Source: Phoronis australis (lineage: Eukaryota; Animalia; Phoronida). From it: a stretch of DNA of 64,000 bases. Positions within the stretch are counted from its first letter, which is position 1; each line of letters opens with the position of its first letter. A model generated the notes under the pieces. That model was not told where the DNA came from and searched no databases. It worked only from the letters and a program-made list of their open reading frames with translations. Made by a program: the position numbers and the translations under genes. Shown here piece after piece: positions 57,446-64,000 of the stretch. The stretch is from positions 353,006-417,005 of the forward strand of contig NMRA01000108.1 in NCBI GenBank assembly GCA_002633005.1. The letters are read 5' to 3'.

Positions 57446-59191
57446 ATGACTACATCCAACACAACTTTAACAAGTTTATGGGTCGATGACGGTGAGTATT
57501 CATTGTTTACTTGGTGAATCGCGCACCTGTGGCTGTGTTCAGATGCGATTGCGATGGGCATTTAAAAAGTGACCCCTGTGTTAAAATGTCATTGTTTTCT
57601 CTCTGATGTTTTGTCACTGACGTAGCTTACAATCTCGCAGATGGTATGTTTAAACTGAAGTAAGAGCTAGAAGGAATACCTCATTTTTGTTCTGTACTTA
57701 TGCACTTCCAGTTCTGGGCTTGGAACTGTCTAATTTACTTGCTAATTTGCTAAACGCTTTTGGTGTTCTGCTGGCCATTTTGTTTTTGAGATACACATAA
57801 TTTCCAAAATCTGAGCTACAGTCTGAGCCTGAGGTGCTTTTGTATTTGCAAAACACCCGTGGGACTCTAGGCGAATCCACCGCCGGCTTACTGGCTAACT
57901 AGAGACCATGCAACTGACTAGCGGGACACTTGGTCTTGGGTTGAGAAAGCATTGCTTTTAGGCCTACCTAATGTAATGTAAAGCACTAGTTCTTACCCAT
58001 AATTAAACATTTCATATTCACACACCAATCACTTCATGGCAAGCCATTTTGCTGCCAATCTTTTCACTCACTTGCTTTGTTGTGGTCTTACGTGATCTCT
58101 CTTTTCTCGCAAGAAACTTGTTTTTAATGGTTTCCAACCCTGGCCCTGGTATTGTATTCATCGTGAAGTCAGGGACCAGGATGTAATCTTGAAAGTCCAA
58201 TCAGCTTTACCAATGACATTTCAAATGAATTTGTACTGAATTATGCTATGTAAATGGTTCTATTTTGAGTCCGGCTAGACCCTATGCTCTTATCTTGTAC
58301 TGGTTATCAAGTCATAGAGCAAAGAGTCAAAATGCTTCATTTCACCGGTTTGTTGTTTCAGAGCCATTTTCAGAAACCAGGCCTTTTATGATATTCAGAT
58401 GTGATGTGATGTTGTTTTGTGTAATTTGAACTTCTCATGGTTAAATGTTGATTTGAGCTAATGTATTTCTGGTTGGTGAATTTCATTGTAAATAGTGATG
58501 CCCTACGGAGGGGGTGTCATGGTCCAAAAGCATAGTTCTAGATTGTCTGTTCAAAAATGCTGGTTAAATTTTCATGTTGAGCCTAAAATTCTAGGGTCTT
58601 TTTCTTGACACTTTTCAGTCGCATGTACAGTACTCCTGAATTTGTGACTTCCATTATTTTTTAGGTCAGTGTGAGTGCTTTTAGTGCTGCGATGGTCATT
58701 ACGAATGAACCGTTTATCAGTAGAAAATTTTTATGGATTTTGTCACAGTGTTTTTTGTCAATAGTAAGGTACTATGGGCTACAGTGCTTGTGTTTTATCT
58801 TTCTGAGATCATGATCAGCAGTTTTGCAGTCTAAAGGTTGGTGCGTCCTGTATAGGGACTTGGATTGTCTACACCAAAGCTGATGAAAAATCTCATATTA
58901 ACTTCACTGTTTGTATGGCATTGCCACAAGTGGATTTAATCTTGTGGGAATGGGTCTTGAAGCTTTTACAGATTTTCCGCGAGAACAACATTGATGATCT
59001 ATATAGAGTAGTCCCACAAATTGTGATTTTTCCCCAGCAGATTTGACACATTGTGTGAATTTTTTCTCGTTTCAGTTCATAGAAGTCCACTCAAAAGTCC
59101 ACAGTCAACGCCGTCTAAACATGGTGCAGAAATAAATAACGAGTTTGCCAAGTATTACAAGGATTCTGGTCTTGGTAGCATTGCTCAGGAG
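57446..59191 (+). CDS. First two coding exons of an unidentified gene, probably continuing beyond the window
   Basis: Exon 57446-57491 (ATG...GACG|GTGAGT, phase 1) joins in frame to 59076-59191 (TTTTTCTCGTTTCAG|...GAG|GTAACC): MTTSNTTLTSLWVDDVHRSPLKSPQSTPSKHGAEINNEFAKYYKDSGLGSIAQE. Family not recognised. Confidence 0.5.
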
Positions 59192-62100
59192 GTAACCATT
59201 GTATTTCTATACTAAAATTACATGCATAGAAAAAATACACTATCAGTGACATCATGACCAAATTTCACCTGATATGAATTTTCTTGCAACATCGACTTTT
59301 AGCTATGCTACCCAAGCATGGGACTGTGACGGCTGAGGTGGATACGAACTTTCTTGGGGCCGATCTCAAATAAGCAACGCTATCGCCGACAGCTTCTCGT
59401 GAACACATACTTTTAACACGTCAGATTGGTGTTAATCTGTTTGTACATTCTGTCTTTCCCCCATATCTGTCTTTGGGTAAACATTTGTTTTTTACTTTGG
59501 CTTTTTATCTTGAGACTGAAGCTTATGGAAACCTTAAAACAAATTTAATATTTAAATAGCAATTTTGAGTTTCATGCTGTGAACTTAAGTGGAGTTAAAA
59601 ATCCTCATTACGTACGCTGTTCTTTGATTTCTTAAAAACTGGAGCCATACTGTACGTTCTTTGGTTTCGAAAAGTATCATTGAAAAACTTAGTTGTTCTT
59701 TCTACATTAAGTAAAACAAGTAATTACCGAAAACTGGTCTTTTTCAAACCCAAATTGAACCGTTTTTCATTTTTCAAAAGCTGCTAATGTTGTGTGGCCA
59801 CAAGTTGTCAAAACATTGTTTGGTGGCAGCTGTGGTATTGAACATAAAACCAACGACACATTTAATTTGCGCAGTTAACCTTTTACATGAATAAACATTT
59901 AATGAAACTTCACTTGTCCACCACATTGTCTTCTGATTTGGTGAAAATCGTCAATAAAAATCTTTGATTTGACCTGGTGTGTCCATACATACTGTAGGTG
60001 GCCTCATGTGTCCAATAACAGACATCTGACATGATCTCTTTAGTGTCGAGAAAGCACAAAAGCGACTCCCCTCTGTTCTAGCCTCAGATTTTGTGGGGCA
60101 AGTCAGGCCAAGTTGGGAAAGTCAGAGTACAGCTTTTTTTGTCTGCAAATACTTTGTGAACTGTTTGAGATTTTTAGTGAGCCATTGGAACATCCACTGC
60201 TCAACAGTGAAAATTTCAGGGCCCTCGTTTATCCTGTGCCTTCTGGGAAGGGCATATTTCGGGGTAAGGGGAAAATTCTACTTCCCTATCACCATCAATA
60301 GCACCCTTATCCTGTTGCAAGCCCTCATAGGCTCAAATAACCAAAATTAACATTTTGTGCTCTTTCGAATTTTCACCTGTTCGAGAATTGCGCGTCTTTT
60401 TTCAATATTTTTCAGAGGGTAATGAGGTTGAAAATAGGGGATTGATCAATGTTTTGAAAAAATGAGGAAGTAAATGTCACTGAGATTTAATCTGGCAATT
60501 AAGTTGATCAGGAGGGCTCGGTTACACCCAGTCTGCCTATTTGATGGTCCTGTGACAAAATATTGTTTAACTTGGGCAACTTGAGGTGCTTGACCTGTGA
60601 TTCTTATCTAGTGTAATTTCTGTGCAGCCTTGTTTAAGTGGTGAAAACCTTACATCAATACATGGTGCACTTGTGTAATACTTTGTGTGATCACATAACC
60701 AAAATCCATTGAGTTTATTTTGAGTTAACCCTTGCCTAGATGCCCTGTTGTTGTGACACAGTTGTTCTTTTCTTGAAATCGCTCCCTTTGATTGAACATT
60801 TGCTAGTCGACAGTTTTCATCGTTATCCAAAGATGCGGGACCTGAGATTTGGTGAATAAGAAAAATTCAAATTAACGGAATTTTTTTGTATGTTTTATAT
60901 TGTACATGAAAACTGGTTGTGGTCTGTGATCTGGGTACAAAAAATCCCTCGCATTCTCTAGTAGTGAGTTTGAATATGGTGTCCCCAGAAAAGTTTGAAT
61001 CATTACCTATCAAATGACACCTCAATTTTTTGAAAACTCATTACTTCTTGTCTCATTTCAATTCCAAACAATTCAATACCAATCAAAAATGTGAAAAACA
61101 GGGGTCCGACAACTTTAACACTTCGCATTTCACACGACAGGGTTAATGTACGATGTCATGTGATGATGTCTAGAGCTGATTTAAAAGGATACCGAACCCG
61201 GTTATGGCCTTTTAACAGTTACTAACAATGACTTTCCCATCCAATTACCTGGAACAAAATAATGCTGTGTAACCATCGACAACCCTCAAAAGTTTGGAGG
61301 AAAGTTCGAAAACTCCTTTCAAAAGTCTGCTAATCGGGCAATTGTGACCTACGCTTCTAGCGAATTACACGACAACTGTGGGAAAAGACCACCCACCGTG
61401 GAACCGTAATGTCCAATTTGAGAAAGGGTGTATGAGTTTTTAGTTGATGATTCCTGTTTTTATCTTTTACATTTGATGCCAATGATGCATTAGCATATGA
61501 CAGAAAGAGGTTTTGTTGAAATCATCAAAACGGGGTTTAGTATCCTTTTAACTAACGAAAGCAAGTAATTTTAATTCATAATAATGGCTTGATTTTATGC
61601 TTTTGTTATCGATTCCTGTTTGTGGTGTGGCACGGCACGGTGTGTCTTTTTTGCTTACTGTCTGGTCCATCTTTGGGAATGCCTGGGGGAGAGGTTTTTA
61701 TTTGTTGGTGTGCCTTGTCTGGCAGGAGATGTATGTCAGCTCAACATTGTCATTGGATCTTCTTGTTCATATTTGCACTGTTGACTAGCATGATGTAGCT
61801 AACCCTCACACAGTGTGGGTGTTGGAATGTAAGGTGGGTGTGCACATTCTTGGTGGTAATGTCTAGTTGCAACCTGCAGGTGTCGTGGTGCTTCTGAACT
61901 TTACCCTGATGTTACTAAACTCTATTGGTATGCATGGTATGGGCACCTGATACCCATTCACGTGGTGGCACAGATGAATAAAAGTTTCTTTTTGACATCT
62001 GAAAAAATTGCACAAAGCAGTTTGTCAGCATGGTTCCTGCGATGAAGCACCCATGTGATTACCCAAAATTCGAATGAAGAGATTTCTGCGGAAGAGGTGA

Positions 62101-64000
62101 GCTGGCGAAGCGATGTGGAGTTGAGCGGGATAATGTGCAAGGATAGATATGCTGGTGTTATGATACTGTGTGATGCAACATCGTTAAGTGATTAACTGTA
62201 TTACCAGTCAACTGACACTGTTTCCTCAAGTCACATCCTCAGTTTTACTTTTCTATCAGGGTTGCCATCAAATAAGCTTTCAGAGCCAATATCGTTAGGT
62301 TTCTAATTTTCTTTATCGTCAGCAATGTGAAATAAATTAAGGGCATTTTTTTCAAGTTAAATCCAGGACTAGGGAAGCGCCGACGTAAACTTTGAAGTTA
62401 ACTGTGTTTCGCATTAGCTTCGTTAGTTAACAAACATGGGAGTTATCGCTAATGGGTGACAGCATCATTATCAAAGTTATCGTGAGATGGCGTAATATGA
62501 CCTTCACCCTTTGTTACAGCCGTGACCCTTGCCAATAACTTTGATGGACACCAAAATTGAGTGTTCCCACTGTTGAAACCAGTGACGTGTTGACACTTCG
62601 GTGTTAAATGTACTCCGTTCCTGCAAAGTAAACTTGAGCTGTTAGATTTGATCCTCCTGTGTCGAATTTAAATTTTCCTACTGCCTGATGATACACCTTG
62701 ACATTAGTGGGAAGGACCTTTAAATTAGCATGGTAAACGTAATTTATTGTGCACTGCCTCTGTCCAGCTAGTTCAGTGCCCCTTGATGGATTGTTGATGC
62801 TGCTGAAGTCCTCAATGGTCTTTCAGTACCTATCCTTTAATTAAGATGTATAGTTCAAGGAGTCCATAGATAGGTGATGATCACCTATATTGGCTGTGTA
62901 TGATGTGATCCAAAGAAAGCCGTTGTTCGAAGTGGTTTCTGTAATTCTTTGCCTGTTTGGTGCTCTGGTATGACGGACATGTGAAACTTGATTTTGTTGT
63001 CAGATTTATTGGCAAAAATAAAGATTAAGAAATTTTTAATCTATTATTTGCGTTGCTTGGAATGTGGAAATTTTTTGAACCAATATTTGGTAAAAATGTA
63101 TCTATATTATTTACAGCATGGTAAGTTGTCCTTAAAAATAGAAAATGGCAATTTTCGCATTTACTTTGATGCGATGTCTAAAATGTTAGGATAAACAGCA
63201 TTGCTTTGCAGTAGTAGTTGTATATTTCAATGGTGTGGTCCTTTAATTTATTATTCATCACCTTGCTATTTCTCAAATGTCATGTTATTTTCTCATTCCA
63301 TCAGCATTAGTCTAAAAATGCCTGGACAGCTGCTGGTTGGTCAGTTGTTCCAAAACGTGTGTGTTGTAATTTTCGTGTCATTCTTCAGATTCCCTGTGTT
63401 ACAGTCAGTCATATGAATTTCAAAAACATGCAAATTAGCCAGAAACGGCCTGTGACATGCCTGTTTTTTTAATGACTTTTGCATGGGATCTACTACATAC
63501 GCAATTCATGCAGCTGTGATTTTACTAAGGAGTAAGAATAGGCTTCGGATCTTAGTAGTTGGTAGTTGGTCGTTAGTAATGAATGAACTCGGTGAGCTTT
63601 GTGCCTGGTTTCTTGCTTTAAAACCCCAAATAGGTCAATAGGCTGTGTTCTTCGACCAGCCCTTTTCATACTAACGTTGACACGTCGATGTTTTGGGGGA
63701 GTTGCAGTCAGTATGAACTGTTAACTTCGTTCTTGGATTGAAGTTATTAGCGCCAGTTAACTTCGCAGTAAACAGGTGGATTTAACAGTGGAGCATCGAC
63801 GCTCTGGTGTGGTATGAACGGTCAACTCTGGTCTCATCCAAGTTATCTCCAGGGGCCACTGCTATCGTCAACAATTGAAATGTGTAATGCCATGGGGTTC
63901 TTATTCTATTTCGTCACTTTCGGCATTAAGTAAGATTGTACCTTTCGTGTTATGTTGCACCACATCTTAAACACATGGTCAGTCATCTCTCTCGATTGCA

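Overview
This is eukaryotic, AT-rich genomic DNA from an invertebrate animal, with spliced genes that the ORF track captures only in fragments. From GT-AG sites, reading-frame phase and recognisable protein sequence I reconstructed: (1) the 5' part of CEP295/KIAA1731 (Ana1) on the minus strand, running off the left edge; (2) SMCO4 (+), head-to-head with CEP295; (3) a complete 5-exon COMMD2 (-); (4) a complete CEP63/DEUP1-family gene (+) with 17 coding exons, about 819 aa; (5) a multiple-cysteine-cluster Toll-like receptor nested antisense in one 8.3-kb intron of CEP63/DEUP1, with a non-canonical TIR BB-loop; and (6) the first two exons of an unidentified + strand gene, plus a candidate small secreted peptide near 56-59 kb. 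The main observation is the CEP295-SMCO4-(COMMD2)-CEP63/DEUP1 block, which mirrors the human 11q21 DEUP1-SMCO4-CEP295 neighbourhood as I recall it and carries RFX X-box-like motifs. Repeats include a 6-bp-TSD MITE seen in both filled and empty state, tRNA-derived SINEs, decayed CR1/RTE-like LINE fragments and minisatellites. Two tandem duplications joined by a single 'n' are probably uncollapsed haplotypes. All homology calls come from memory of the protein families; no database search was run.
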